Origin: Candidatus Aegiribacteria sp.
Lineage (GTDB): Bacteria; Fermentibacterota; Fermentibacteria; Fermentibacterales; JCC-6
Length of the DNA stretch: 64,000 nucleotides
Assembly (NCBI GenBank): GCA_021108435.1
Contig: JAIOQY010000032.1
Coordinates: 1,890 to 65,889, forward strand
Reading direction: 5' to 3'
A program made the translations under genes and the position numbers. Positions within the stretch are counted from its first letter, which is position 1, and each line of letters starts with the position of its first letter. A model generated the notes under the pieces. It was given only the letters and a program-made list of their open reading frames with translations, did no database searches and was not told where the DNA came from. Of the stretch, positions 38,481-48,034 are shown piece by piece.

Positions 38481-40133
38481 ATGTTTAGAATATCCGCTGA
38501 AAGAACCAGGAAAAACGAATCCAGAATTTTACTTGTGCTGTTCATACTGGCTCTGGTTCTGCGACTCATAGTTATCCTTCATAATCCGATCCCGGCAGGG
38601 GATGGTATAGCATCCAATCTTGAGATCGCTGAAAATCTCAGATATGGTTACGGTTTCTCAACCATGAGAAAATGGACGCTGTTCGATCAGTCAATCGATC
38701 CGATCAGGCCTGAATCCAACAGACAGCCAATCATGTCCCTGCTCATTTTATTACTTTTCACGACTACCGGACCCGGATTTCTCCCCGCACAGATGCTGTC
38801 ACTGTTAATCGGACTTGTATGTCTTGCGATGTGCTGGTTCTGGACAAGAAAGATTTTCGGTGTAATTCCAGCACTGATGTCAACGCTTGTTCTGGCCATC
38901 CATCCGTTATTTGTCTACTATTCAACACAGCCTGACAGCCTTCTTTTATTCACTGCATTGTTCTTTACAATCCTGCTGGCTGCGGACAGGGAGAAAATCA
39001 CCTTCAGACAGGTAGTTCTTCTGGGTGCTCTATCCGCCCTGGCGTATCTTGTGCGGACTCAGGGTATGCTCCTTGCCTTTTCAATGTGTATCTGGATTCT
39101 AATCAGGGGCGGCAGCCGGAAGTTCCTGAAAGTTCTGATGTTCCTGCTTGTATTCCTGCTTGCATGCATGCCCTGGTTTATAAGGAACTCGGAGAAGTTC
39201 GGCTCGATGACTTACTCACAGAATGGGCTGTTTCTTCTCAACGAGAATCACTGGGCTGCATGGGAAGTCCGGGAAAGCGCGCCGGGACCCATGGATATGA
39301 TCAGATTTCAGGGACCTGCTGCCGTAATGATATATACAGCAAAAGGATTTCTGAGAATATTTGAACCCATTACGACCGGCACATTACACAGGGGTGAAAT
39401 CTACGCGCAGCCGCCTCTCATCGGCTTCGCGATACTCGCATTGCTTGCTTTGAAGAATCGGAAGCTTCGAAAAAAGATGCTGCTCCCTTTGATAGCAGCT
39501 CTTCCGGTCATGGCTGTTCTTGTATTGCATGAGCATAGCGGAAGGTATCTTTCCTTTTTGAATGTAATTGTCATTGCTCTGGGATGTGCGGGGCTGGTCA
39601 GACTGCTTCAGATAGCAGGTAAACGAACTGCGGCTGTTGCAGGTATTCTTCTTATTGTTCCATTTGCCTTACCACTTGGTTCTCTAGTGATTGCGGATTC
39701 ATCAGAGAAAGCAGCCGAAGCTGAAGAAGTTGCTGATTGGATTATTGAAAACAGTTCTTCCGATGACTGGGTGGTTACATTTCCCAATGTGGAACTGTTC
39801 ATATGGAAATACAGACGTCCTACACTGTCGATGCCAAACGATTATGAGATGCTTCTATGGCCCTGTCTCGAAGAGCATGACGTGCGATATGTTGTTATAG
39901 ACAGAGATATCAGCTATTTAAGACCCAGGCTGTCAACAAGATGGAGAAGAAGTCCTGATGGCAGTGAATGGGAAATAGTAGATCCCCCTGATTTTCTTGA
40001 AGAGGTGTACAGAACACGCTCTGGCTTTACCATCGTCTACGAGATGATCGGTGAGGTTCCTGATGGATTCATGTATGTGGATAACCTCCCTCGCGACAAT
40101 TTGCGCGCATTAGCGCCTGGTGGAGCGAACTGA
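38481..40133 (+). CDS. polytopic membrane glycosyltransferase, GT39/ArnT-like (tentative)
   Basis: 550 aa with about 10 or more hydrophobic helices and a soluble C-terminal domain. The overall layout resembles dolichyl/undecaprenyl-phosphate-sugar-dependent glycosyltransferases. No catalytic motif verified. Confidence 0.5.
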   Translation: MFRISAERTRKNESRILLVLFILALVLRLIVILHNPIPAGDGIASNLEIAENLRYGYGFSTMRKWTLFDQSIDPIRPESNRQPIMSLLILLLFTTTGPGFLPAQMLSLLIGLVCLAMCWFWTRKIFGVIPALMSTLVLAIHPLFVYYSTQPDSLLLFTALFFTILLAADREKITFRQVVLLGALSALAYLVRTQGMLLAFSMCIWILIRGGSRKFLKVLMFLLVFLLACMPWFIRNSEKFGSMTYSQNGLFLLNENHWAAWEVRESAPGPMDMIRFQGPAAVMIYTAKGFLRIFEPITTGTLHRGEIYAQPPLIGFAILALLALKNRKLRKKMLLPLIAALPVMAVLVLHEHSGRYLSFLNVIVIALGCAGLVRLLQIAGKRTAAVAGILLIVPFALPLGSLVIADSSEKAAEAEEVADWIIENSSSDDWVVTFPNVELFIWKYRRPTLSMPNDYEMLLWPCLEEHDVRYVVIDRDISYLRPRLSTRWRRSPDGSEWEIVDPPDFLEEVYRTRSGFTIVYEMIGEVPDGFMYVDNLPRDNLRALAPGGAN

Positions 40134-40160
40134 TTCAAGTAGATTCTTTCCAGCGCATTC

Positions 40161-41249
40161 CTACAGTTTCGGTGTTATATCTTCGATATCTTGTTGTTTA
40201 GTCCTGTCGAGAGGCAGATGAAGAATATCCTTACCGAGCATTGAAAAATCCAGGTCTTTCAAATACAGAGCTCGAACACGCCGATTATGCTGAGTGTGAT
40301 AATGAAGCACCCGCCCGGAAAGATCCCATGCAGTAGTCCATTGAGTAGAACTGCGCATGCCTTCTGTAATGCAGTGACCATCAGAGCCTTCAGCTGCGCC
40401 AAGAGGTACATTGAAGTTATCCAGAATTCTGAATACTTCATAAACAGTTTCAGCAGATGTTTCTGTAAGGCGTGCGGTCTGAGTCCATGCTGCAGCACGT
40501 ACGAAGCGTGAAGGTGGCGTGAAGTCACCAGGTAATCCAATCATACCGCTTCCGGCACCCAGTGGTGCGAAATCAAGGTCATCAATCATTCTGTCAGGCA
40601 GAGCAACAGGTGAAAGACTCAGATAATTCCGCAAATTAGTCATATGCCAGTCGAAATTTGGCGCATTTGTAACAACCCCTAGAGGATTATCGAAAATTTT
40701 CATCTCACCATCGATGAATTCAATGACAATTGATTCTCCATCCGGACCTGTCACCATCCAGTGAGCAGCAACAGGAATCCCTATTTCTTCTTCCACTACA
40801 GGAACAACCCTGACTTTGCTCATACCCTGGCGGACCTCATCTATAGAAGCAAACTGGGCAAGGATAAACGCTGTAACATCGATTGCTGTAATGGAATTAT
40901 CTGCTTCGTTCGTTTCGTAGCCGGGGTAACAGGTAAATCCAGGGAGATAGAATAAACCAATCGCCAGACCCTTCTCGTTCATACCGTCACTGAGATAATC
41001 TTTTCCATCAGCATCGATCCCGACAACACCATATTTTGCTTTCCATTTTCTGCCGTTCAACCCATCCGGGGTTAAACCCGCGAAAGAATATCCGCGAGGA
41101 ATAACAGCAACGCGGGAATGCATATCGAATGCTCCCCATTCATTTGTACGTCCGTAAACAACTCCTTTGTCAGCTGCTATCAATCTGATTCCAGTGCAGG
41201 CCTGGAAAGAATCCACATTGGCGCCTGCCATACTATTATTCTGTTTCAC
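40161..41249 (-). CDS. choloylglycine hydrolase / linear amide C-N hydrolase family (Ntn-hydrolase)
   Basis: Nucleophile context QAC|TGIRLIAADKGVVYGRTNEW, with later NAPNFDWH-type motifs typical of the penicillin V acylase / bile salt hydrolase family. Confidence 0.75.
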   Translation of the reverse strand: MKQNNSMAGANVDSFQACTGIRLIAADKGVVYGRTNEWGAFDMHSRVAVIPRGYSFAGLTPDGLNGRKWKAKYGVVGIDADGKDYLSDGMNEKGLAIGLFYLPGFTCYPGYETNEADNSITAIDVTAFILAQFASIDEVRQGMSKVRVVPVVEEEIGIPVAAHWMVTGPDGESIVIEFIDGEMKIFDNPLGVVTNAPNFDWHMTNLRNYLSLSPVALPDRMIDDLDFAPLGAGSGMIGLPGDFTPPSRFVRAAAWTQTARLTETSAETVYEVFRILDNFNVPLGAAEGSDGHCITEGMRSSTQWTTAWDLSGRVLHYHTQHNRRVRALYLKDLDFSMLGKDILHLPLDRTKQQDIEDITPKL

Positions 41250-41512
41250 TTATTTCTCCATCTATTGTTAATTGTTGTGATACGCTTGGCTGCACAAATT
41301 ATGAACCGTCTGGACATCTCGCCTTCTACTCCTTAAGACTAATTCCTCATGTAATGTGTTGTCAATCGAAATATTTATAGGCAGTGAAATCAGTATTCCT
41401 TTCCGGAGTATGCGGATAATATGTAGCTTTGGAGTGGATTTCTGTATAATCTCTTGCTATTATGTAGCTGGTGCATTATGTAACTACTACATAATAGTAG
41501 AAAGGTCATGTC

Positions 41513-42904
41513 ATGAGGTTGGATTTTCTGAATAGACATAGTGAATTGAAAAGACTTGAAAAAGCTTTCAGCGGAAAGAAGTCTTCTTTTGTCTGTCTTT
41601 ACGGCAGGAGAAGATGTGGTAAAACACGTCTGTTGAGGGAATCTCTTAAAGTAATCACGCATGTCTACTATTCCGGTGCAAAGCGTGAGCGAAGTATGCA
41701 GCTCTCCTTACTGGCAAGGGAAATCTCAAGGCTTCTACCAGGATTCGACAGAGTGGAATATCCGGGATGGGACGAACTGCTCCAGCGATGGTTCAAAGAT
41801 TCTCCTCCGGGTGCGGTTCTTGTGCTTGATGAGTTTCCATGGATTGTCGAACAGGCACCAGAATTGCCCGGAATACTTCAGGAGCACATTGATCGTGATT
41901 ATGATAGTACAAGGCATTTTGCCATATGCGGCTCATCTCAGAGAATGATGATGGGTCTGTTGCTTGATGCATCCGCACCACTTTACGGTAGAGCTACTGA
42001 GCTTATCAGACTCGCTCCGATGGGAATAGAATATCTTGTTGATGCACTGAACACATCTACTCCACGCCAATCCCTCGAAAACTGGGCAGTCTGGGGGGGA
42101 ATACCAAGATACTGGGAGATAGCGTCAGACTTCGATGATCTATGGGAAGCAGTATCAGAAACAGTTCTCGATCCACTTGGAGTATTTCACAGAGAACCTG
42201 AGAGGCTTCTTTTAGATGATATGAGAGATATAGTGCAACCGTTATCCATATTGTCCCTGATTGGAAGAGGTTCACACAGAATATCAGAAATAGCAGGGAG
42301 ACTTGGCAAGCAGGCCACATCAATTTCAAGACCAATTTCAAGGCTTCAGGAACTGAATTATGTTGAACGTCGCATACCCTTCGGGCAGTCACCTCTTAAA
42401 TCGAAGCTGAGCTATTACAACCTTAAGGATTCCTTTCTCCGTTTCTGGTTCCGATTCGTCGAACCGGAAATGTCCCTGCTCGAATCTGGCGGTAAAGATC
42501 TTGTGATGAAGTCTATAAGAATCTCCTGGGATCAGTTCCTCGGGTATGTGTGGGAGGATCTGGCACGAATCAGTCTGCCGCGGATAATAATCGATAATCG
42601 GCGATGGGGACCCGCTTCAGGCTGGTGGTCCGGAAGGAGAGAGCGTGGAATAGAACTGGATGTAGTATCAGCAAATCCTGAGAATGAAAGGGAGCTTCTG
42701 ATTGGCGAAGTGAAACTCCGGGTATCCGGGAAAGATATTGAACCCCTGCTCGGAAACCTTCGAAATAAAGTGAACCACACGCCCTTTGCTTCAGGTGCGG
42801 AAACCATAAGATACCGGTTGTTTGTACTTGATAATGATATCAGCCACCCTGAAGTCATTTCAGGAGAACAAATTATAACAGCATGTGCGGGCTCAGATAA
42901 CTGA
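41513..42904 (+). CDS. AAA-type ATPase with C-terminal DUF234-like domain
   Basis: Walker A LYGRRRCGKTRLL and Walker B VLVLDEF. The layout is that of the archaeal-ATPase/DUF234 family. Confidence 0.7.
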   Translation: MRLDFLNRHSELKRLEKAFSGKKSSFVCLYGRRRCGKTRLLRESLKVITHVYYSGAKRERSMQLSLLAREISRLLPGFDRVEYPGWDELLQRWFKDSPPGAVLVLDEFPWIVEQAPELPGILQEHIDRDYDSTRHFAICGSSQRMMMGLLLDASAPLYGRATELIRLAPMGIEYLVDALNTSTPRQSLENWAVWGGIPRYWEIASDFDDLWEAVSETVLDPLGVFHREPERLLLDDMRDIVQPLSILSLIGRGSHRISEIAGRLGKQATSISRPISRLQELNYVERRIPFGQSPLKSKLSYYNLKDSFLRFWFRFVEPEMSLLESGGKDLVMKSIRISWDQFLGYVWEDLARISLPRIIIDNRRWGPASGWWSGRRERGIELDVVSANPENERELLIGEVKLRVSGKDIEPLLGNLRNKVNHTPFASGAETIRYRLFVLDNDISHPEVISGEQIITACAGSDN

Positions 42905-42945
42905 TGGCGAATTGATCTATCAAGTATTCCTTCAATGCATCCCTG

Positions 42946-44928
42946 TTATTTTGCTTCTTTTATAATCTGTTTAGCCTCCGAATAGAGTTTTGCTTTCTGC
43001 TGGGCAATGATGAGTTTAACATCGGCCCAGACCAGTCCCTGTGATTCGCCAAATTTCTGAAGAAGGTTCTTCTCACCGCTTGTGATCCTTCCATCCGCAA
43101 GAACTACCCTTGCCATCACTGCGAGAATTTCTCTGGCTTCCTTCTGATTCTGCGGAACAGGGAGTATTTTCTGCCCGGATGAAACAGTCTGGATTATGCT
43201 GGCCAGTTTCTCTTCAGAGATCCTTCTTGCTTTAGCGAAAGTCGAGAGAGCTTCCATTTCCTTGGCATCTACTTCGCCATCGGCGTACATGGCTGAAACC
43301 ATGGATGAAAGAAGGATTTCCGGTGAAACAAGAGCAGTTCTCTGAACGTCAGATACAGCCTCTGTTGTGATTCTTGAGGCAGAGAAACGATGTACCGATT
43401 CCAGAACCCATGTTTGGCTTCCATCATTCAGGGATCTCCCGCAGTAATCGCATTTCCCCGTACTGCCTCCTTCGTATGGAGCTCCGCAACCCGGACAGTG
43501 TGAGGAACGGAAACTGTTATCAACAGATGTTTTTCTCCCATGCTTTCGAACCAGTGTGTATATCTGTGGTCTGATTGCTTTATGACCGGTTGATCGAATC
43601 CTGCCTTCAGCATTACGCCTTGCATTTATACCGGACCATTTTACCAGAATTTCAATTTTGTCCATTCTGTTCGGAGTACCTGGAATGATGCTTTGAACCT
43701 CCACCGTTCCAACAGCGGCATCCTTGAAAAAGAGCCATCCCTCATCGGTCTTCGTATTCGCAAGTTGTTTACTGAAACTTTCAATGAAAGTGGGAAGAGC
43801 AATCTTCCTTGAGGCGGAAACGTCACCTGTGAACCATGATTTTATCAAACGCCAGAAAATCACAGATGTTCTGTCTTCAATGTGCTGGATGTTGAACCCG
43901 GGATCCAGAGACGTCATGCTTTCCTGGCCCGGAATCATCGATACATCAGATACTATGTTCCACTCAACGGATTGAGTTATTTCTGCGAGTACCCAGTCGT
44001 ATTCACCACTTGTCAGAATTGAGTCACAGTTCGCGCATTTACCCGTATCGCTGAGTTCAAGCGCAGCTCCGCAGTTGGGGCAGAATCCATCTACAAGACC
44101 TTTACCTTGCAGAGTCTGAACTCCCGGTTTTCGAAGGAAACTCCAGTATTCGGTGAATGAATTCGATGAGTTCTTCCTTATTCTTTTTCCGGTTGAAAGA
44201 TCTATATCACAGTCATCAGCTATGGCGTTAATTTCCACATGGATGGTGTCGAAGTGCAAATCGCTGAAAACCCCTACTATCTTCGAACTCTGGACAGCTA
44301 TATTTTCCATCAGGTTGCGATAGCCTTCAGTTTTCTGCATTTCTATCTGCAGGCTGAATCTTTCATTGATTCCATCGGAAATGAACTGATTCACCTTTCC
44401 CAGATCCTGATTGGACCATGCCTCCTGAAGGGCAATGAAGGCTTTATTGGTTCTCTGGAGGAAAGCTTCCTTTGTAAACCCCTCATCGCGAAGTTTCAGC
44501 GCATTCAGAGCTTCCTGCATCTTCTGTTGTTCCTGCTGTTTGTTCAGTTTTCTCGCACGGGTAATTGTATGAGTTTCCAATCCTCCCTTTGCTTTCTTTC
44601 CAAACTTAATCATCAAAACGATCACTACAATCAGCAGCGGAACTCCAATCAGTGGTTTGTGAATAGCAAGGCGGATAAGAAGATAGAGAATGTATCCTGA
44701 ACCGCCTCCCCCGCCGCTTCCGCCTCCCCCGCCGCTGGAACCTCCATAGCTGCCTCCGCCTCCTGCTCTGGCGAAAGAAGCTGAAGCTAGAATAAGCAGA
44801 ACAGCAACGACACAAAGCAGTAACAGTCCTTTTCTGTTTCGACCTGGAAGCAACACGATTACCCTCCTTGAAAAATCTTGAACACTCTTGATGGCTATAG
44901 TGTATATTTTTATCATGTATGTGTCCAT
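42946..44928 (-). CDS. membrane protein with Gly-rich segment, two Tim44-like domains each followed by a zinc ribbon, and a TerB-like C-terminus
   Basis: Hydrophobic N-terminus, then GGGGSYGGSSGGGGGSGGGGGSG and a transmembrane segment. A Tim44-like block follows (FLQRTNKAFIALQEAWSNQDL...). Zinc ribbons CPNCG...CANC and CPGCG...CDYC. C-terminus MYADGEVDAKEMEAL. Confidence 0.65.
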   Translation of the reverse strand: MDTYMIKIYTIAIKSVQDFSRRVIVLLPGRNRKGLLLLCVVAVLLILASASFARAGGGGSYGGSSGGGGGSGGGGGSGYILYLLIRLAIHKPLIGVPLLIVVIVLMIKFGKKAKGGLETHTITRARKLNKQQEQQKMQEALNALKLRDEGFTKEAFLQRTNKAFIALQEAWSNQDLGKVNQFISDGINERFSLQIEMQKTEGYRNLMENIAVQSSKIVGVFSDLHFDTIHVEINAIADDCDIDLSTGKRIRKNSSNSFTEYWSFLRKPGVQTLQGKGLVDGFCPNCGAALELSDTGKCANCDSILTSGEYDWVLAEITQSVEWNIVSDVSMIPGQESMTSLDPGFNIQHIEDRTSVIFWRLIKSWFTGDVSASRKIALPTFIESFSKQLANTKTDEGWLFFKDAAVGTVEVQSIIPGTPNRMDKIEILVKWSGINARRNAEGRIRSTGHKAIRPQIYTLVRKHGRKTSVDNSFRSSHCPGCGAPYEGGSTGKCDYCGRSLNDGSQTWVLESVHRFSASRITTEAVSDVQRTALVSPEILLSSMVSAMYADGEVDAKEMEALSTFAKARRISEEKLASIIQTVSSGQKILPVPQNQKEAREILAVMARVVLADGRITSGEKNLLQKFGESQGLVWADVKLIIAQQKAKLYSEAKQIIKEAK

Positions 44929-45022
44929 AGAAGAATTTCAGTAGACTTCATATAGTTGACGTACAGGTATACTTCATATTTTGTAGTATATGACCGGCAG
45001 AAACACAGGAAGGATTTCTCAT

Positions 45023-45469
45023 ATGCGTACTATTATGATAATTATATCAGGTTTTATATTACTGATATCCTGCGGAGAATCACCGCCTCAGGGAGAATTG
45101 GATTTTTCTCTCGATGAAGAGATTGTATCCGATCATATCCCAGAGGTTACCGATACTGCTTTGTTAGAAGATACACTTCTCATGGCTTCCGAGAATGAAG
45201 AGGTTATCAGCACTGAAGGCCCCGAAGGGACCTGGACAACAACAATGGGAGTAATGGAATTAAGCATTGATGATCGGGGACATGTGAATGGTGCTTATCC
45301 TCTTGGATCCATTAATGGTGAACTTGATGGAACTGTCCTGGAATTCACATACTCAGAAGGTACGCTTGAAGGCTCCGGTTCCTTCGTTTTCAATGAGGAG
45401 TTCAGTTCTTTCCAGGGGATTCAGGATATCGCGGGCACTGAGCTTATCTGGAACGGTCAGAGGATGTAG
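45023..45469 (+). CDS. small lipoprotein, unknown function
   Basis: ORF 44990..45469. I moved the start to ATG 45023, with AGGAAGGA 8 nt upstream. Lipobox in MRTIMIIISGFILLISCGES. Confidence 0.6.
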   Translation: MRTIMIIISGFILLISCGESPPQGELDFSLDEEIVSDHIPEVTDTALLEDTLLMASENEEVISTEGPEGTWTTTMGVMELSIDDRGHVNGAYPLGSINGELDGTVLEFTYSEGTLEGSGSFVFNEEFSSFQGIQDIAGTELIWNGQRM

Positions 45470-45474
45470 AGTAA

Positions 45475-46662
45475 ATGATTTCGCGATTGACAATTCCGGA
45501 AGAACTGCAGAAAAGAGCACTTTCCATCAGAGGTGACGTTCCGTCTCCTCTCACATCCTTGATGATAAGAACTGCATGGGAGCCGGTCATATCCCGATTG
45601 GAGGAGTTTAGATCGGGGGAGACGGTAACCCTCGTGGTCAATGATTCAACCAGACCAGCATCATTTCGCATGCTGGCTCCGGTCGAACATGAACTCAGAA
45701 GTAATGTAAGAATCCTTTTTGCAACCGGGACGCACCGCCCGGTTACATTCGAAGAGAAAAATCTGCTTCTGGGTGGATTATTTCCTGAAGCCGCATGGAA
45801 AAATTCTGATTGTGATTCAAGTGAAATGATACTTATCGGCATAACTTCGAGAGGTACGCCGGTCAGTGTTGATCCATGGATTCTTGATGGAAATCCTGTG
45901 GTGTCAGTGAATTCCGTTGAACCTCACTATTTCGCGGGATATACAGGCGGCAGGAAATCATTTCTTCCCGGTGTATCTGCGAGGGAGTCAATAGTACTGA
46001 ATCATTACCTGGCCTGTCTGCCCGGCGCCATGCCCGGAAAACTCAACGGTAATCCGGTACATCTTGATATGATGGAAGCCCTTGAATTGATTGAAGAACA
46101 CGTTGAAATCGTACAGGGAAACGGCGTAGTGCATGACGGTGAACTTGTGCACTTCATAACGGGATCCTGTGAAGGATCATTCATGGCTGCTGTAGATGTC
46201 TGTTCCCGTTTGTCTACTCTTGCGGAAACCGATAAATCACCTGTTGTCGTTCTTCATCCCGGCAGTCCGCTGGATATAAGCCTGTACCAGTCGGAGAAGG
46301 CCATATACAATTGCCATTCCCTTGTTGAGGATGGAGGCGTTCTCCTGCTTGTAAGTTCCTGTACGGAAGGGCTGGGAGCAGATCACATGGAAAAGGCTTT
46401 TAAAGCCTCAATGGATTCGGACTGGGAAGCACCGGAGATTGACCGGTACAATCTGGGAGATCACTCGATTGTCAGATTGACGGACATGAGAAAGAGAATC
46501 CGCCTTGCTCTGGCAAGCGGTCTTCCGGACGCGATTGTTTCCGGAATGGGTATAGAACCCGTACATGATATATCGGATTGGTTGCAGCAACAGGGATGCT
46601 TCAATCCTCTGTTTGTTCCTAGAGCAGGATTTGTTGTGCCTTTGCCGGAGAGAGAGACTTAA
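45475..46662 (+). CDS. LarA-like (nickel-pincer lactate racemase family / DUF2088) protein
   Basis: VVNDSTRP, FATGTHRP and VEPHYFAGYTGGRKSFLPG match the LarA N-terminal-domain signatures as I recall them. Confidence 0.65.
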   Translation: MISRLTIPEELQKRALSIRGDVPSPLTSLMIRTAWEPVISRLEEFRSGETVTLVVNDSTRPASFRMLAPVEHELRSNVRILFATGTHRPVTFEEKNLLLGGLFPEAAWKNSDCDSSEMILIGITSRGTPVSVDPWILDGNPVVSVNSVEPHYFAGYTGGRKSFLPGVSARESIVLNHYLACLPGAMPGKLNGNPVHLDMMEALELIEEHVEIVQGNGVVHDGELVHFITGSCEGSFMAAVDVCSRLSTLAETDKSPVVVLHPGSPLDISLYQSEKAIYNCHSLVEDGGVLLLVSSCTEGLGADHMEKAFKASMDSDWEAPEIDRYNLGDHSIVRLTDMRKRIRLALASGLPDAIVSGMGIEPVHDISDWLQQQGCFNPLFVPRAGFVVPLPERET

Positions 46663-46663
46663 C

Positions 46664-48034
46664 ATGTGGAATTTCAGAACAAGACTCCTGCCTATGATTG
46701 TTACAGGTATTCTGATCTGGGTATTTTTTCTGTACAGTCACAACCTTGTATCAAGGCTTAAAGAGACAAGAGCGAGCGCAAATGAGACTATAGCCTGGTT
46801 CTGGGCAGGCACTCAGGTTCCAATGAGCAGATTATCGGAACTGGGATCATTGAGTGTATGTTCCCAATGTGGATCCTCCGAACCATTTGATTCGGTTCTG
46901 CCTGATACCACTATTTCTCGTTTCTGCCGGGAATGCGGCCGGGAAACGGAATGGCATGTAGTTTCTATAATTGATTTCGAAGAAAGAAATCTGATTTCCA
47001 GAAGAACAAGTGCTTTGTTTCAGGAACTGGTGAACAGACTGGAATACTATACTATCCTTTCCGATCAATTCATGGTCCCCCAGGTAGTTAACGGGACTGC
47101 AGTTCCTGATACGATTAGCGAGCGTGATATGAAATCGTATCAGGAAATGATTATTACACTTGACGAGCTGAATCCACCAGTCCCTATGGAAGGAGCTTCC
47201 GGAGAAATCATTGGATATCTTCACTATGGATCGGATGATCTTACCAGAGAATTGACACTTGTACCGTATATCGAACTTGGAATGCTTTTCCTTCTGGCTT
47301 TTCTTTTCATGTATGCGATCAGGATTGAAACGAAAAGAGAAAAGGAGTTATCCTGGATAGGATTCGCCAAAGAAACAGCTCACCAGATAAGTACTCCGCT
47401 GACCTCTCTAATGGGATGGCTGGAACTTCTTCACGAGAGACCTGAAGCACATACGGACAAAGAATTTTCCGAGGCTCTTGAATACATTGAAAACGATGTT
47501 GAAAGATTAAAGCAGATTGCAAACAGATACGGTCAGATGGGAAAAAAGCCCAAACTTGAGAACAACCTTGTTAATCCCATAATACTTGATACTGTTCATT
47601 ATTTCTATGGGCGCCCCGGATTAATAAATGAAGAAATCAAACTGGAGACAGATCTTTGCTCGGAACAGATAGTGTATCTCAATAGAGTGTTGTTCGGCTG
47701 GGTTGTTGAAAACCTTCTCAAGAACTCGCTTTCATCGCTTGGTTCAGAGAGATCCGGAATGATCATGATAACTTCCAATGATATCGAAGAGGGTCCCGGA
47801 TTAGTCGAAATTGAAATTGCGGATAACGGGAAAGGTATTGCCTTCCGTGATCAGAAAAAAATATTCAACGCTGGATTCAGTACGAGGCGTGGTGGATGGG
47901 GCCTTGGCCTTACTCTCAGTAAGAGAATCATTGAAGAATATCATAATGGGAGCATTCGTCTCAGGGCAAGTTCACCCGGTAAGGGAACAACCTTCACAAT
48001 AGTACTTCCAGCCGCACCAAAAGGTGAAGAATGA
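46664..48034 (+). CDS. membrane sensor histidine kinase (PorY-like by context)
   Basis: ORF 46565..48034. I moved the start to ATG 46664, 1 nt after the larA-like stop. Two transmembrane helices. H-box ETAHQISTPLTSL. ATPase motifs ADNGKGI and GGWGLGLT. ATGA overlap with the porX-like gene. Confidence 0.8.
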   Translation: MWNFRTRLLPMIVTGILIWVFFLYSHNLVSRLKETRASANETIAWFWAGTQVPMSRLSELGSLSVCSQCGSSEPFDSVLPDTTISRFCRECGRETEWHVVSIIDFEERNLISRRTSALFQELVNRLEYYTILSDQFMVPQVVNGTAVPDTISERDMKSYQEMIITLDELNPPVPMEGASGEIIGYLHYGSDDLTRELTLVPYIELGMLFLLAFLFMYAIRIETKREKELSWIGFAKETAHQISTPLTSLMGWLELLHERPEAHTDKEFSEALEYIENDVERLKQIANRYGQMGKKPKLENNLVNPIILDTVHYFYGRPGLINEEIKLETDLCSEQIVYLNRVLFGWVVENLLKNSLSSLGSERSGMIMITSNDIEEGPGLVEIEIADNGKGIAFRDQKKIFNAGFSTRRGGWGLGLTLSKRIIEEYHNGSIRLRASSPGKGTTFTIVLPAAPKGEE

